From NCBI GenBank assembly GCA_048938855.1, contig JBHLLT010000013.1:1-64000 (forward strand): a stretch of 64,000 bases of DNA. Reading direction: 5' to 3'. The notes under the pieces were generated by a model. It was given only the letters and a program-made list of their open reading frames with translations, searched no databases and was not told the origin of the DNA. The position numbers and the translations under genes are program-made. Shown here in pieces: positions 49,486 to 60,560 of this stretch. How positions within the stretch are numbered: position 1 is the stretch's first letter; every line of letters starts with the position of its first letter. Source of the DNA: Promethearchaeota archaeon. GTDB lineage: Archaea > Asgardarchaeota > Lokiarchaeia > Sigyniarchaeales > SOKP01.

Positions 49486-50529
49486 TCAAGATGATTCTCT
49501 CCTTCTTATGTAAAGAAATGAAATTAAGAGAGCAATTAAAATTATACCAGAAGGAATGATAATCCATATTATACTAAATAAACTGGGTGGATTGATTGGA
49601 TTACCTAATGCCCATATATTATATTCAATCATCTGTGTATAATTTGAAATTAATACTTGTTCTCCGTTCCAATCAACTTTTACATCTAAAAGGGGGGTAA
49701 GTAAGGCAATTTTTGATTTGGTTTCCCTTGCTATTTCATATACATTCTCAGTTCTATGTTGGGGATCTGTAACGATTAGATGACATCCTTCTTCCCTCAT
49801 TATTCTTATAACATATGCAATCTCTTTAGCAGATGGTTCTTGAGCTTCCCCTTTTTCGATGGTTGCCAATCGAGTTAAATTTAAAAGGTTTTCTTGAAAT
49901 AAATAGAAATAAGCAGGATGATTAACAACGAGTTTTGTTGCATTATAAATGGCTCTGGCATTCTGAATAGTATCTAATAATTCATCAAGAATTGTTAAAT
50001 AATTCAAAGTGTTATTTGAAAAAATCCACTTATTAGAAATTAAAGGTTCTTTAGTCCAAAGAGTTTGATTAATTTCTTGTGTAAAATTTTTCATGTTATT
50101 AGGATCCATCCAGATATGGGGATTTACAAATCCAAGTAAAGGGTCAATTTTAAGCATGTTTGGATCAATTAATTTAACAATATAGGCATCCTCCCATTCA
50201 TTTCGCCACCATGGCTCTAGATCCTCAATTCCCATCCGAAAGATGATATCAGCATTTTCAAGAGCTAAAATTTCATCAGATGTTGGTTCGTAGGAATGTG
50301 GATCAGCTGATCCAGGAACAACTACGGGGACATCTTGTCCAATAACATGTTTGACTGCATCCTCTATTATAGTTATTGTTGCAACAATATTCAGAGAAGT
50401 ATTTGCTTCTTTTAACGAAATTAATGAATATGTAATTCTTTTATTTACTTGACCTATATTTAATCCAAAACTCCCCATTAAAAGGAAGAGAATAAAAATA
50501 ACAGGTAGATTCTTTTTAATTTCTTCCAT
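49486..50529 (-). CDS. znuA: Zn/Mn ABC transporter substrate-binding protein with a C-terminal membrane anchor
   Basis: DPHSYEP, NPHIWMDP, HPAYFY, EPSAKEI. Confidence 0.88.
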   Translation of the reverse strand: MEEIKKNLPVIFILFLLMGSFGLNIGQVNKRITYSLISLKEANTSLNIVATITIIEDAVKHVIGQDVPVVVPGSADPHSYEPTSDEILALENADIIFRMGIEDLEPWWRNEWEDAYIVKLIDPNMLKIDPLLGFVNPHIWMDPNNMKNFTQEINQTLWTKEPLISNKWIFSNNTLNYLTILDELLDTIQNARAIYNATKLVVNHPAYFYLFQENLLNLTRLATIEKGEAQEPSAKEIAYVIRIMREEGCHLIVTDPQHRTENVYEIARETKSKIALLTPLLDVKVDWNGEQVLISNYTQMIEYNIWALGNPINPPSLFSIIWIIIPSGIILIALLISFLYIRRRESS

Positions 50530-50693
50530 TTTTTCATTCTAAGAAGGGTTCTTAAATTTATGATTGTTCGTATCTACGATCATTCGTATTTTATTTTATT
50601 TAAACATTATGACAAAAAAATCGATAAAAAAAAATTTAAATGAGTTTTCCATAATTTTACTCAAAATACTTTTGGAAATGAATTAGATTTATC

Positions 50694-51659
50694 ATGTTAT
50701 TTGAAAACTTTTTTGAAGCTTTACTAAAATATGGGTTTCTCCAACGTGCGTTGATCACATCTATAATTGTAGGTGTAATTTGTGGTCTTGTAGGAGTTTT
50801 TATAATACTACGAGGTTTAATTTTTATGGGAGCCGGAATCGCACATTCTTCTTTTGCAGGTGGGGCGTTGGGGATCCTCCTAGGAATTAATCCGTTTGTT
50901 ACAATATTCTTTTTCAGTACAGGGGCAGCATTAATGATTGGTTTCATTAATGAGAAAGGTTATATAGAAGATAATAATGTTGCAGTGGGAATTATTTTTT
51001 CTCTCACAATGGCCCTTGCTATATTATTTATAAGTTTAATTAATACGTATAATGCTGCTGTTAATGCTATCCTATTTGGAAATGTTTTGATTGTTACAAC
51101 CGAAGATATGATTTTACTAATTGCTATTAGTGCTATAATCATCATGATCGTTTTCTTTATGAAGAAAGAATTATTTTTCATAACTTTTGATGATGAAATG
51201 GCAAGTGCAACTGGGATTCCAGTAAGGTTTATTTCTTACATATTTCTTATATTAATTTCATTAGCTATTGTTGTCTCTTTGAAGGCAATAGGTGCAATAT
51301 TGGTTTTTGCGATGATTACAACTCCTGCGGCTGCTGCATACCAATGGAGCTATAAATTGAATCGGATTTTATTACTTTCAATTCTATTTGGAGCTGCTTC
51401 ATCATTTATAGGATTATTTTTATCTTATATTCTTAATTTACCTTCTGGTTCTACAATCACCATAACCATAAGCGTTATTTTCGTAATTTCAATTATTTTT
51501 TCACCAAAAAGAAGAGCAGGTAAGGATATAGGGTATAAACACACGTGCAAAGTGTGTGATAAAGCTAGCGTTGAAGAATGTGAGTTTTGTTTAGCAGAAG
51601 AAAGAAATACCCATCAATATATAATCCCAAAAAAGAAGAGTGAAAAAAAAGCAGAATAG
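50694..51659 (+). CDS. znuB: Zn/Mn ABC transporter permease with a Cys-rich C-terminal tail
   Basis: FLQRAL, GIAHSSFAG, ILFGNVL, TFDDEMA...GIP, TPAAAA; tail CKVC...CEFC. Confidence 0.88.
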   Translation: MLFENFFEALLKYGFLQRALITSIIVGVICGLVGVFIILRGLIFMGAGIAHSSFAGGALGILLGINPFVTIFFFSTGAALMIGFINEKGYIEDNNVAVGIIFSLTMALAILFISLINTYNAAVNAILFGNVLIVTTEDMILLIAISAIIIMIVFFMKKELFFITFDDEMASATGIPVRFISYIFLILISLAIVVSLKAIGAILVFAMITTPAAAAYQWSYKLNRILLLSILFGAASSFIGLFLSYILNLPSGSTITITISVIFVISIIFSPKRRAGKDIGYKHTCKVCDKASVEECEFCLAEERNTHQYIIPKKKSEKKAE

Positions 51660-51861
51660 AAAATATAATGACTATTCATAATAACTTATGGATTTTTTAA
51701 TGTATTGGATATATAATTACTTATTCCACTCAAGTGTAGGCAAATAAAAAACGTATTTTGGTGAAGAATTGGTTATATTGGAAAGGGGATAAATATAAAA
51801 AAACTTAGCCTATTATAACCTAGGAACTCTATATTAAAATTACATGATTTATCAAGGTTAA

Positions 51862-53310
51862 ATGTTATTCTGTCCTAAATGTGGAGCTAGGAATAAAACC
51901 ACATATAACTACTGTTATAGATGTGGAACTAAAATTAAATACTCAGTCGAAGACAATAAACAAATAAAAAAGGAAGTAGCTAAGTATAAAATAAATGATT
52001 TTATTACATTAAAACTTGAGAAAGATAACACCGTAATCTATGTTAATGACGAGAAATTCTTACAGTGTAAATATCTGTTAATTGAAATTCCAAAAGATAA
52101 AATCAATGAATTCTACGATTTTATGTCAATCGATGAAGTGAGTGAAAAACTTGATCATTCATTAGAAAAAAATGTAAAATCTACTCAAATATTACCTGAA
52201 ATTGAATTCTGGGGGCATTGTTCCAATTTACAAGCTTGGGCAGAAAACAATTATGATACAAATCTACTTCATAGTAATTTAGCTTTTCCTCTTCTAAAAA
52301 AATTGACTGATGTAGGCGACCCTATAGCTAAACGTATTTTCAAAGAAGAAATAGCCGAGAGACTCACTAATATTTTTACCAATGTTGCTCAATATTTAAT
52401 ACAAGAGAATTATCTTGAATATTTTAGCCCAGAAGAGAATGAAATAATGATGGAAATACTCTTTTCACAAATAGAACAGCAATTTAGAAACAAACAGAGT
52501 TCTTTGCTCGAAGAAAAAGAAATTAATGCATTATTAGACATTATTGAAACTAATTTAATTCACTCTAAAATATTTTTAACCAATCGATTGAAAAGTACTG
52601 AAAAGATTAACAGAGAGACCCATTTAGGTTTTTTAAACGATAATAAAAGAGTTATCACTTTAGGATTGAATCGATGTGGAATTGAAGTACTACCCTCTTC
52701 AATAGAGAATTTGGAAAATTTAGAGGAATTATACTTAACTGAAAATAGATTGAATTATCTCCCTTCTTCTCTTGGAAATCTAACTAAATTGAAGAAAGTT
52801 GATCTTAGTGATAACCACTTAATTGAACTACCAATTGAAATTGGAAATTTAATAGCACTGAAGGAATTACATTTAAATCATAATGTTATTCAGAATTTGC
52901 CTGATACTATATCTAATTTAAAAATTTTAGAAATTCTGTCAGTATGGGGTAATCAATTAAAAGAATTTCCTAAAAATGTAAATGAAATGGAATCATTACG
53001 AGTTTTAGGATTAAGTTTTAATCAATTAGAAGAACTTCCTAAGATTTCTCATGAGATTCCTAATCTTGAAGTTTTAGACTTAAGTAATAATAAAATTCAC
53101 TTCTTACCAGATAATATGGATTATTGGAAATCTTTAAAAACATTATGGTTGAATAATAATCCTTTAACTGCAATTCCTATGTCATTATTAGACCTTCAAA
53201 ATCTCACAGATATATATACTATAAATACTAAAATTTTCACTAATCAAGATTCTGAAACTATTAAAGTTCTAAAAAAATTGAAAATGAAAGGAGTTAATAT
53301 TTGGAAGTGA
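51862..53310 (+). CDS. Zinc-ribbon + Loki-type conserved domain + leucine-rich-repeat protein
   Basis: CPKCG...CYRCG; EFWGHCSNLQAW...LHSNLAFPLLKKL; about 8 LxxLxLxxNxL repeats. Confidence 0.85.
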   Translation: MLFCPKCGARNKTTYNYCYRCGTKIKYSVEDNKQIKKEVAKYKINDFITLKLEKDNTVIYVNDEKFLQCKYLLIEIPKDKINEFYDFMSIDEVSEKLDHSLEKNVKSTQILPEIEFWGHCSNLQAWAENNYDTNLLHSNLAFPLLKKLTDVGDPIAKRIFKEEIAERLTNIFTNVAQYLIQENYLEYFSPEENEIMMEILFSQIEQQFRNKQSSLLEEKEINALLDIIETNLIHSKIFLTNRLKSTEKINRETHLGFLNDNKRVITLGLNRCGIEVLPSSIENLENLEELYLTENRLNYLPSSLGNLTKLKKVDLSDNHLIELPIEIGNLIALKELHLNHNVIQNLPDTISNLKILEILSVWGNQLKEFPKNVNEMESLRVLGLSFNQLEELPKISHEIPNLEVLDLSNNKIHFLPDNMDYWKSLKTLWLNNNPLTAIPMSLLDLQNLTDIYTINTKIFTNQDSETIKVLKKLKMKGVNIWK

Positions 53311-53608
53311 ACTAATCTGGTAGTTATCTAATTTTCATATATTAACAGCACTAAAAAAGAGTAATTTAATTTGAATAATATAAGAAAAAACATAAATTAC
53401 ATAAGGGATTATATTCTATCTTATTGGATTGTAAATAAAAATATAAGATAGTATATTATTTTAAAAATATTAATTCGCTTTCTGCGAAGTTCTATACAAT
53501 ATTTATTTCCGGTTTTCATCCAACAGAATTAAATAATTATTATTCTAATTTTGGAAATTTAAGAAAATTGGATTTACAATTTTGCATCAAAACATGAGTT
53601 TGTGATCT

Positions 53609-53998
53609 ATGCCAAAAATGAAAAAAAAACAGGTTAAAAAAGGAAGGAGAACCTATGGACCAAATCCAACTCCTGAAGTAAAGCGTGTTAAAATGCCATA
53701 TAGGAGAAATGGAGAAATGTTTGCTCGTGTAACAGATATATATGGCCAAGATAGGATGGGTGTCTATTGTGAAGATGGTAAACATCGCTTAGGACGGATA
53801 CGTGGAAAAATTAAGAAAAGAGTGTGGATAAGAAAAGGTGATTTAGTAGTCATTAATCCTTGGGGATTTGAAACAGAAGTTCAAGGACAAAAAGAAAAAT
53901 GTGAAATTTCTTGGAGATATTTAAGACATGAAATCTCTTGGTTAGAACGAAAAGGTTTAGTACCAGAAAATCTGGACCTAAACAATATTCTCCTCTAA
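53609..53998 (+). CDS. eif1a: Translation initiation factor aIF-1A
   Basis: CEDGKHRLGRIRGKIKKRVWIRKGDLVVINPW, WRY...WL. Confidence 0.93.
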   Translation: MPKMKKKQVKKGRRTYGPNPTPEVKRVKMPYRRNGEMFARVTDIYGQDRMGVYCEDGKHRLGRIRGKIKKRVWIRKGDLVVINPWGFETEVQGQKEKCEISWRYLRHEISWLERKGLVPENLDLNNILL

Positions 53999-54159
53999 AA
54001 TTATTTTTTTATTTTAATCAAATTTAAGAAATTTAAAAAATTAAAAAGAAAAAAAAGAATAAGATTCGATAACAATCGCAAAACAGATTTTTACTAATTA
54101 TTATTCATTTCTTATATTGTTTTTTATTACTTTTTGTAGATTTATAATTACTCAAATAT

Positions 54160-54420
54160 TTAAAAGCGGAAATCTCCTCTTCTACCTCTATTATAGGGAT
54201 TAGGAGGAGCTTTCTCGGTTATTACAACATTGCTAGCTTGTGGTCCTTTTTGACCATCAACTACTTCAAATTCTACTTTGTCGTTTTCATTTAATGTCTT
54301 GTATTCATCATCTCTACCTGCTAATGCAGTGTAATGAACAAAAACATCGGTCCCTTCTTCAGAATTTATAAATCCGTAGCCTTTACGGCTATTAAACCAT
54401 TTTACTGTTCCTTTTACCAA
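54160..54420 (-). CDS. Cold-shock domain protein with a short RG-rich tail
   Basis: [32 protein letters not shown]; start uncertain (TTG at 54420 or 54432). Confidence 0.92.
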   Translation of the reverse strand: MVKGTVKWFNSRKGYGFINSEEGTDVFVHYTALAGRDDEYKTLNENDKVEFEVVDGQKGPQASNVVITEKAPPNPYNRGRRGDFRF

Positions 54421-54654
54421 TTTTAAAACCAATTTTTAAATTTTCTGTTAAAATTCTTTATTTCTAAAGAACTGATAAAAAAAAAGAATTCCAAGATAAT
54501 AAATTTTGACTTTTTTGGGATAGCTGTGGAATTTTTATGAAAAAATTTTCCTGTTTTTTTGAAAGGATTTTCAGATGATTCTAATATTGAAGCTGTAAGC
54601 GAAATTGACCGTAATTTTAATAAATGGTCATAACTTTGATATCTCTAGAAAATA

Positions 54655-55083
54655 ATGATGGCTAAAAATCAATATAATTTATTTTTTATTGGATTTTTGT
54701 CTCTTATAATAGTGCTTCTTGCGCCATATGGGTTCCATATAGACTTAGGACCAGGACCAAATAACTTAATGGCAATCCTTTGGGAATATTGGACTTTATC
54801 AATTATAAGATGGTTTACTGTTTTGGAGTATGTTCCATATTATTTTTTTAGGTTTATCACAATTTATTATTTGATACGATATATCTTAGATAAAGCATCG
54901 TTGAAGAAAACGATAATAATGGGAATTATAAATGAGTTAATTCCATTGATAATTTCAATTCCCGCTGTGCTTATACTTAATCAAGATGGAGAAAACTATA
55001 TCCCCATTGTGATTCCGATTCCAACTTTACTTGTATTCCATCTGTCTGTGGTTTATACATTTTACTACTTAAAAAAGAGATAA
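54655..55083 (+). CDS. Hypothetical membrane protein
   Basis: About 4 hydrophobic segments; IPIVIPIPTLL. Confidence 0.65.
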   Translation: MMAKNQYNLFFIGFLSLIIVLLAPYGFHIDLGPGPNNLMAILWEYWTLSIIRWFTVLEYVPYYFFRFITIYYLIRYILDKASLKKTIIMGIINELIPLIISIPAVLILNQDGENYIPIVIPIPTLLVFHLSVVYTFYYLKKR

Positions 55084-55128
55084 ACAATATTTATTGGAGA
55101 AAAAAAGAAATTTCATGAGTAATCTTTC

Positions 55129-57885
55129 CTAAACTAATGGCAAAGACAAATAAAAAGTTGAGCCTTTATTTCTACCTTCAGACTCAACCCAAATATCTCC
55201 ACCATGTAATTCAATTATCTTTTTAGAGATAAATAAACCAAAACCAGATCCCTCTGCAATAATATCTAACCCCTGACCGTATCTCTCAATCTTACCAAAT
55301 TGTTTGAATATCATACCTTTTTCCTCTTCTGTAAAACCAATTCCATTGTCTTTTATCGAAACGATAATAAGATTGTCTTTAATTTCAGAACTTATCTCTA
55401 TTAAACCACCTGGGGGTGTATACTTTACTGCGTTGTTTAGAAGATTACTAATTACTTGATGGATTTGCTCTTTTTCAATTAAGGTCATTAAATTATCTGG
55501 CAATTCTAAATTTATACTATGATTTCTCAATTTCGAAAATCCTTTAATCTCATTTACACACACTCTAACCAAAAAAGATAGATCTTCTTTCGATGTTTTT
55601 AGTTTGATGGTACCAGATTCTAGTTCAGCAGTTTTCAAAATATCACCAATAAGATTTTCTAGACGAATACACCCTTGCATAATCTCGTTTAGAGTCGATA
55701 TAACTACATAATCTATTTTGTCCCTGTGAACTTTTAATAGGAGTTCAGTAAATCCTTTAATAGAAACTAGGGGTGTTTTTAACTCATGAGAAGTTCTTCT
55801 AAGTAATTCAGATTTTAACTGGTTAAGTTTGATTAATTCTTGTTGCGCTTTCACTCTTTCAGTGATATCAATTTGAGTCACGAGATTTGCTGGTCTTCCC
55901 TCATACATCATAGTTTTAGAGAGATTATCAACCCAAAATAATTCTCCATTCTTCCTTTCAATTTGAATAGGATAGTTAATTATGACATCTGGATCACCAA
56001 CTTGTTTTTTTCTTAATTGTTCTTTAACTATTTCTAATGAATCAGGTGTAACAGTTTTTAATAATTCCCCTGGCACCCAATTATACATTTCCTCTTCCGT
56101 ATACCCATATAAGGTTGCCATTTCGTGATTAACATATTTTATGACATTATCTTGAATAATACATATCGCTAATAAAGATTCTTCTGTAATTTTCCGAAAT
56201 TTCTCTTCTGATTCTATTAATTTCTGTTCAGATATTTTTTTATTAGTTATATCATGTATTGCAACGAAATCCGCCAGCTCCCCTTTGTAATTAATAGTTT
56301 TTGAGAAAAGCTCAAGCCAAATCATATCTCCATTTTTTTTTATTCCTCTAAATTCATATTGATTAATAACATCTGATTCACCTAATTGTTTTTTCCTTGC
56401 TTGTTCACTAACGAACTGTCTATCTTCAGGAAGAATAACATTAATAAAACCTCCTTGACTCCAATTCATAATTTCTTCTATAGTATATCCAAATATGTCA
56501 GCAAGTTGCTCATTGACATATTTAACAATATTATTTTGAAGAATGGTAATACCTAAAAAAGATTGTTCTGTAAGTGTTCTAAATTTTTCTTCCGATTCTT
56601 TTAATTTTTGTTCTGCTTCTCGCTTTTCAGTGGTGTCAATAAGGGTCACCAAATCTGCCGGACGCCCATTATACATTATGGTTGTAGAGATATTATCAAC
56701 CCAAAATTTTTCTCCAGAACTATTGACGCAATGTATCGGATATGCGGCAGTTATGTCAGGATCTCCAATTTGCTTCTTACGTGCTTGTTCCATTACAAAT
56801 TCTAAAGATTCTTCTGCCACAGTCTTTGCATACTCTTTTGGTGTCCATGTTAGCATCTCCTCTCTATTATATCCAAACATATCAGCCATTTTTTGGTTTG
56901 TATACACCACTAAATCATCTTGTAAGATTGTTATTGCAAGATGAGAATCCTCTGCGATAGTTCGAAAATTTTCTTCTGATTCTTTTATTTTCTGTTCAGT
57001 ATTTTTCCTGTCAGTAATATCAGTAAATGTTACCGCAAAATAACCTTTCTTAGGAGAATATCCTGAAACTTTAAACCATTTTTGTATGGCTTTTGAATAA
57101 TCTTCTACTGTTAAAGGTACTCCTGTTAGCCCGACCTGACCAAATCTACCAATCCAATCAGCAGGATCATTTTCTGTGCCAGGAATTGCTTCAGTGACCC
57201 TTTTTCCAATTAAATCCTCCTTCTTTAGACCCGTTAATTCTTCAAATTTAGGATTTACTTCAATATATTTGTAGTCAATTGGTTTGTTTTTATTATCAAC
57301 TATGACTTCATGATAAGCAAACGCTGCATTCATATTCTCAAACAAAGAGCGATATTTTTCTTCTGACTCTTTTAATTTTTGCTCAGCTTCAAATTGATCA
57401 GTTATATCTGTTAGGAATGCGTATGTTCCTTCATACTGATCACCATCATTAAAAATAGGTGTAGCTTTTATTCTTAAATGTATGTTTTTACCAGTTTTGT
57501 GAAGTAGTACGGCATCATGTTCCTCAGAGATTCCTTTCTTTCGTCGTTCTAGATGATATCGAGTAATATCAAAAGAATCCTCATCCATGAATGCAAATAT
57601 AGATTGTCCAACCATTTCTTCGATTTCATAACCCAACATACTCGCCATACTTGGATTCACTAAAATAGTATCTGCATTTTCATCTATTACCCAGACCCCT
57701 TCTATAGAATTCTCAATAAAATAGCGATATTTTATATCTAACTCTTTTCTTTGTATAGAATTTTCTCTAGCTTTTTGTTCTAATATAGAAGCAATCTTTT
57801 CAAAATCCTCATCGGGATTTTTTAATAGACTCTTTATAAGGATAGTTTCAGATGGAGAAAAAACATTTAGTTCCAAACTGGTCAT
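55129..57885 (-). CDS. Cytoplasmic multi-PAS (5 PAS) sensor histidine kinase
   Basis: RRTSHELKTPL, NLLNNAVKY, DNGIG, GSGFGL. Confidence 0.92.
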   Translation of the reverse strand: MTSLELNVFSPSETILIKSLLKNPDEDFEKIASILEQKARENSIQRKELDIKYRYFIENSIEGVWVIDENADTILVNPSMASMLGYEIEEMVGQSIFAFMDEDSFDITRYHLERRKKGISEEHDAVLLHKTGKNIHLRIKATPIFNDGDQYEGTYAFLTDITDQFEAEQKLKESEEKYRSLFENMNAAFAYHEVIVDNKNKPIDYKYIEVNPKFEELTGLKKEDLIGKRVTEAIPGTENDPADWIGRFGQVGLTGVPLTVEDYSKAIQKWFKVSGYSPKKGYFAVTFTDITDRKNTEQKIKESEENFRTIAEDSHLAITILQDDLVVYTNQKMADMFGYNREEMLTWTPKEYAKTVAEESLEFVMEQARKKQIGDPDITAAYPIHCVNSSGEKFWVDNISTTIMYNGRPADLVTLIDTTEKREAEQKLKESEEKFRTLTEQSFLGITILQNNIVKYVNEQLADIFGYTIEEIMNWSQGGFINVILPEDRQFVSEQARKKQLGESDVINQYEFRGIKKNGDMIWLELFSKTINYKGELADFVAIHDITNKKISEQKLIESEEKFRKITEESLLAICIIQDNVIKYVNHEMATLYGYTEEEMYNWVPGELLKTVTPDSLEIVKEQLRKKQVGDPDVIINYPIQIERKNGELFWVDNLSKTMMYEGRPANLVTQIDITERVKAQQELIKLNQLKSELLRRTSHELKTPLVSIKGFTELLLKVHRDKIDYVVISTLNEIMQGCIRLENLIGDILKTAELESGTIKLKTSKEDLSFLVRVCVNEIKGFSKLRNHSINLELPDNLMTLIEKEQIHQVISNLLNNAVKYTPPGGLIEISSEIKDNLIIVSIKDNGIGFTEEEKGMIFKQFGKIERYGQGLDIIAEGSGFGLFISKKIIELHGGDIWVESEGRNKGSTFYLSLPLV

Positions 57886-57968
57886 ATAATCTCATCTAAA
57901 TAAGTTTAAAATTCAGAATTACAAATTTAATTGTACTTTGATAATAATGTTAAATATTTTTAAAAACT

Positions 57969-58997
57969 ATGATTTCAAAAAATAAATCTATTTATGAAAA
58001 ATATTTTTTTAAGGATAAATTAATTACAGATAGATCTCTAATGTCTAAATCTGTACTTTTTGACATTATTAAAATGGACAACCTTTGCGTATCAATTCCA
58101 GAAACTAGCCATTTTAGTTTAGGAACATCACCCTACTATGCTCATCAACATGGACTTGCAATTGACGTATATCATCATCTCACTTTAGAAGATTATGATA
58201 TGTTGAGTCCCATCTCAGGAAAAGTTTTAAAGATAAAGACTTTAGCAGCTCCTAAACCAAGGTTCGTTGAGGGAATCGATGTTGATTATTTAATATTGAT
58301 TCAGAATTACAATTCTCCTAAGTTAGTCTGGAAGATTATGCATATTAAACCTGCAGTGAGTGTCGGAGAGTATGTTAAAATAGGAGATATATTAGGGAGA
58401 ACAATTCGAAATGGGTATTTTGCTTACTGGTCAAGTCCACATCTTCATCTTGAATTAAGGCCATCCAACGATGCAATTCGTGCTAGAGGAGGAATAGATT
58501 TTTCTTTAGCTATAGATAACAGAAATATAATTCATCAGATTTCCGAAGAAGAGAATGTAAACGAAATTCCAATCGAGATAAAATCTGTTTACCCAGAAAT
58601 AATTTTAGCAGAACTTCCCAAACATTTTTACCATAATCTCCATCCATTATATGGGATTAAAGTTAAGGTAAACAGTGGAGAATGTATTTTAGATGGAGGA
58701 ATTCCTCACTATAAAATAGGTACAGTAATAAATAGGCAAAAAAATTCATTTATTGAAGCTGAACCCGTATATTTCGGAGTTCATAAAATAGGGATACTCC
58801 ATGAGATTAATGGACAATTTGGATTTTTAAAATTTGCTGCTATAAAGTTTTTCCTTAATGATATCGAAATTAGAGGGATTTCTCTTTATTTAGCTAATTT
58901 TTGCCCGCAAATAAAGATAATTCCTTCTAAAAAGAATCAATTCTCATTCAAACCAAAGTCAATTCAATATTTAAAGCTTATCCCAACTGAGATCTGA
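57969..58997 (+). CDS. M23/LytM-like metallopeptidase-fold protein
   Basis: HQHGLAID (HxxxD), SPISGKV, VKIGDILG, SSPHLHLE (HxH); start codon uncertain. Confidence 0.7.
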   Translation: MISKNKSIYEKYFFKDKLITDRSLMSKSVLFDIIKMDNLCVSIPETSHFSLGTSPYYAHQHGLAIDVYHHLTLEDYDMLSPISGKVLKIKTLAAPKPRFVEGIDVDYLILIQNYNSPKLVWKIMHIKPAVSVGEYVKIGDILGRTIRNGYFAYWSSPHLHLELRPSNDAIRARGGIDFSLAIDNRNIIHQISEEENVNEIPIEIKSVYPEIILAELPKHFYHNLHPLYGIKVKVNSGECILDGGIPHYKIGTVINRQKNSFIEAEPVYFGVHKIGILHEINGQFGFLKFAAIKFFLNDIEIRGISLYLANFCPQIKIIPSKKNQFSFKPKSIQYLKLIPTEI

Positions 58998-59005
58998 TCG
59001 AAAAG

Positions 59006-60460
59006 TTATTTTAAACTATTAATTGATGTCTTTAATACACTTTCAAATTTATCACAGATAAACTCGCCATTATCTTCAGAGATGTTAAGTGGAGGTTTTA
59101 TTTTAATTAAATTTCGTTTTAATAATTTACCTGTTCCACTTAAATAAGGCATGCTAGGTCCGAAATAAATATCTTGTCTTACACCCTCATGTAGCATTTC
59201 TTCCATGAGCTCTGTAAAAGGTTCTCTAGTTTTCTGATCTTTTACTAGTTCGACCCCTATAAATAGCCCAGGCCCACGAATATCTCCTATCACCTCAAAT
59301 TTTTCTTGGAGCTCTTTTAACCTATTAGTGATTTGTTTGCCTCTTTCTTCGCAATTTTCGCCAATTTTTGCTCTTTCAATTACCATTATTGAAGCAAGTC
59401 CAGCTGTACAACCTATAGGTGCATTACAAAATGTTGTATGATCTTCGGATGGGCCAAATCTCTTTTTGATTTTAGTTGATACAATCATTGCTCCTAAAGG
59501 AAATCCTCCACCAATGGCTTTTGTGAAGCACATCATATCAGGAGAGACATCAATTCCTAGTTCCTTTTCATATTTCTCTGTGAGAGTAAAATATTTACCC
59601 GTCCTCCATACACCTGTTTGAGATTCATCATAAATTATCAAAATCTTCTCTTCTTCGCATACTTCTCTTAATTTAACGAGAAAATCTGGTGGAAAAGGTA
59701 CATGACCTCCTGCTGCTTGCCAGGGCTCTAAAATAACACCTGCTAATTGTCTTGAGGTTAAACCCATTAGATATTCTTTAACCAAATTGAAACATTCGAG
59801 GTTACATTCAGGATCTTTCTTACCATATAATCCATTTTTATAATTCCATAAACAGCGATAACAATATGGTTGTGGAACTCGTGTAAAAAAATCTACTCCA
59901 AATGGTCGGAATCTTGTTATTGTATGGAAGGGTTGAGATGCAGTAATTGTAGCCAACGTGTTTCCATGATACCCACCTCGAAATGTAAGGAAATGATCGC
60001 CTGTTCTTGATGCGATTAGTGCGAATTTTATAGCAGCTTCAATGGCCATACTACCACCTTCATTATTAATGGCCACTCTTCCTCCTTTCAATCGGCCAGG
60101 ACATAATTCAGCAAGCTTATTTATAAACTTAGCGCGAGAAGGAAATACACCTTCTGATTTGATATGAGTAATTCTTTTCATTTGTTCTGCCACAGCATAA
60201 TTTACATCTGGATGTGCAAATCCCAAAGCTAAAGACCAATACTGAGCTGTGCAATCAAACTTTTCTGATATTTTTCCTGTCTTAAAATCCTTTACAATAA
60301 CCCAAGGAGAACCTGGTTCTTTAGCTTCAATAAAAACATTTGAATCATAATAATTTTCTAATAAATGTTTATCAAATAATAATAATTCTTCTTCATTCAC
60401 ACCCGACGAAATTGCACTTAATTCCTCCTTACTTAAAACTTTTGGATTAAACTCGATCAT
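59006..60460 (-). CDS. Class III PLP-dependent aminotransferase
   Basis: GGSMAIEAAIK, GGYHGNT, ILEPWQ, DESQTGVWRTG, PDMMCFTKAIGGGFP, IRGPGLFIGVE. Confidence 0.92.
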   Translation of the reverse strand: MIEFNPKVLSKEELSAISSGVNEEELLLFDKHLLENYYDSNVFIEAKEPGSPWVIVKDFKTGKISEKFDCTAQYWSLALGFAHPDVNYAVAEQMKRITHIKSEGVFPSRAKFINKLAELCPGRLKGGRVAINNEGGSMAIEAAIKFALIASRTGDHFLTFRGGYHGNTLATITASQPFHTITRFRPFGVDFFTRVPQPYCYRCLWNYKNGLYGKKDPECNLECFNLVKEYLMGLTSRQLAGVILEPWQAAGGHVPFPPDFLVKLREVCEEEKILIIYDESQTGVWRTGKYFTLTEKYEKELGIDVSPDMMCFTKAIGGGFPLGAMIVSTKIKKRFGPSEDHTTFCNAPIGCTAGLASIMVIERAKIGENCEERGKQITNRLKELQEKFEVIGDIRGPGLFIGVELVKDQKTREPFTELMEEMLHEGVRQDIYFGPSMPYLSGTGKLLKRNLIKIKPPLNISEDNGEFICDKFESVLKTSINSLK

Positions 60461-60560
60461 AAATAATCACTATTATAAAACATTATATTAATTATAGATA
60501 ATAAAAGTAAAAATTAAAAGTTTTAAAAGTATTTAACAAAAGTGTTAAGAAATATCATGG

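Noticed and set aside
53476-53490. TTCGC-TTTCT-GCGAA hairpin upstream of aIF-1A as a third intron
   Set aside because: It is intergenic, has no BHB geometry and interrupts no reading frame; aIF-1A is complete without it.
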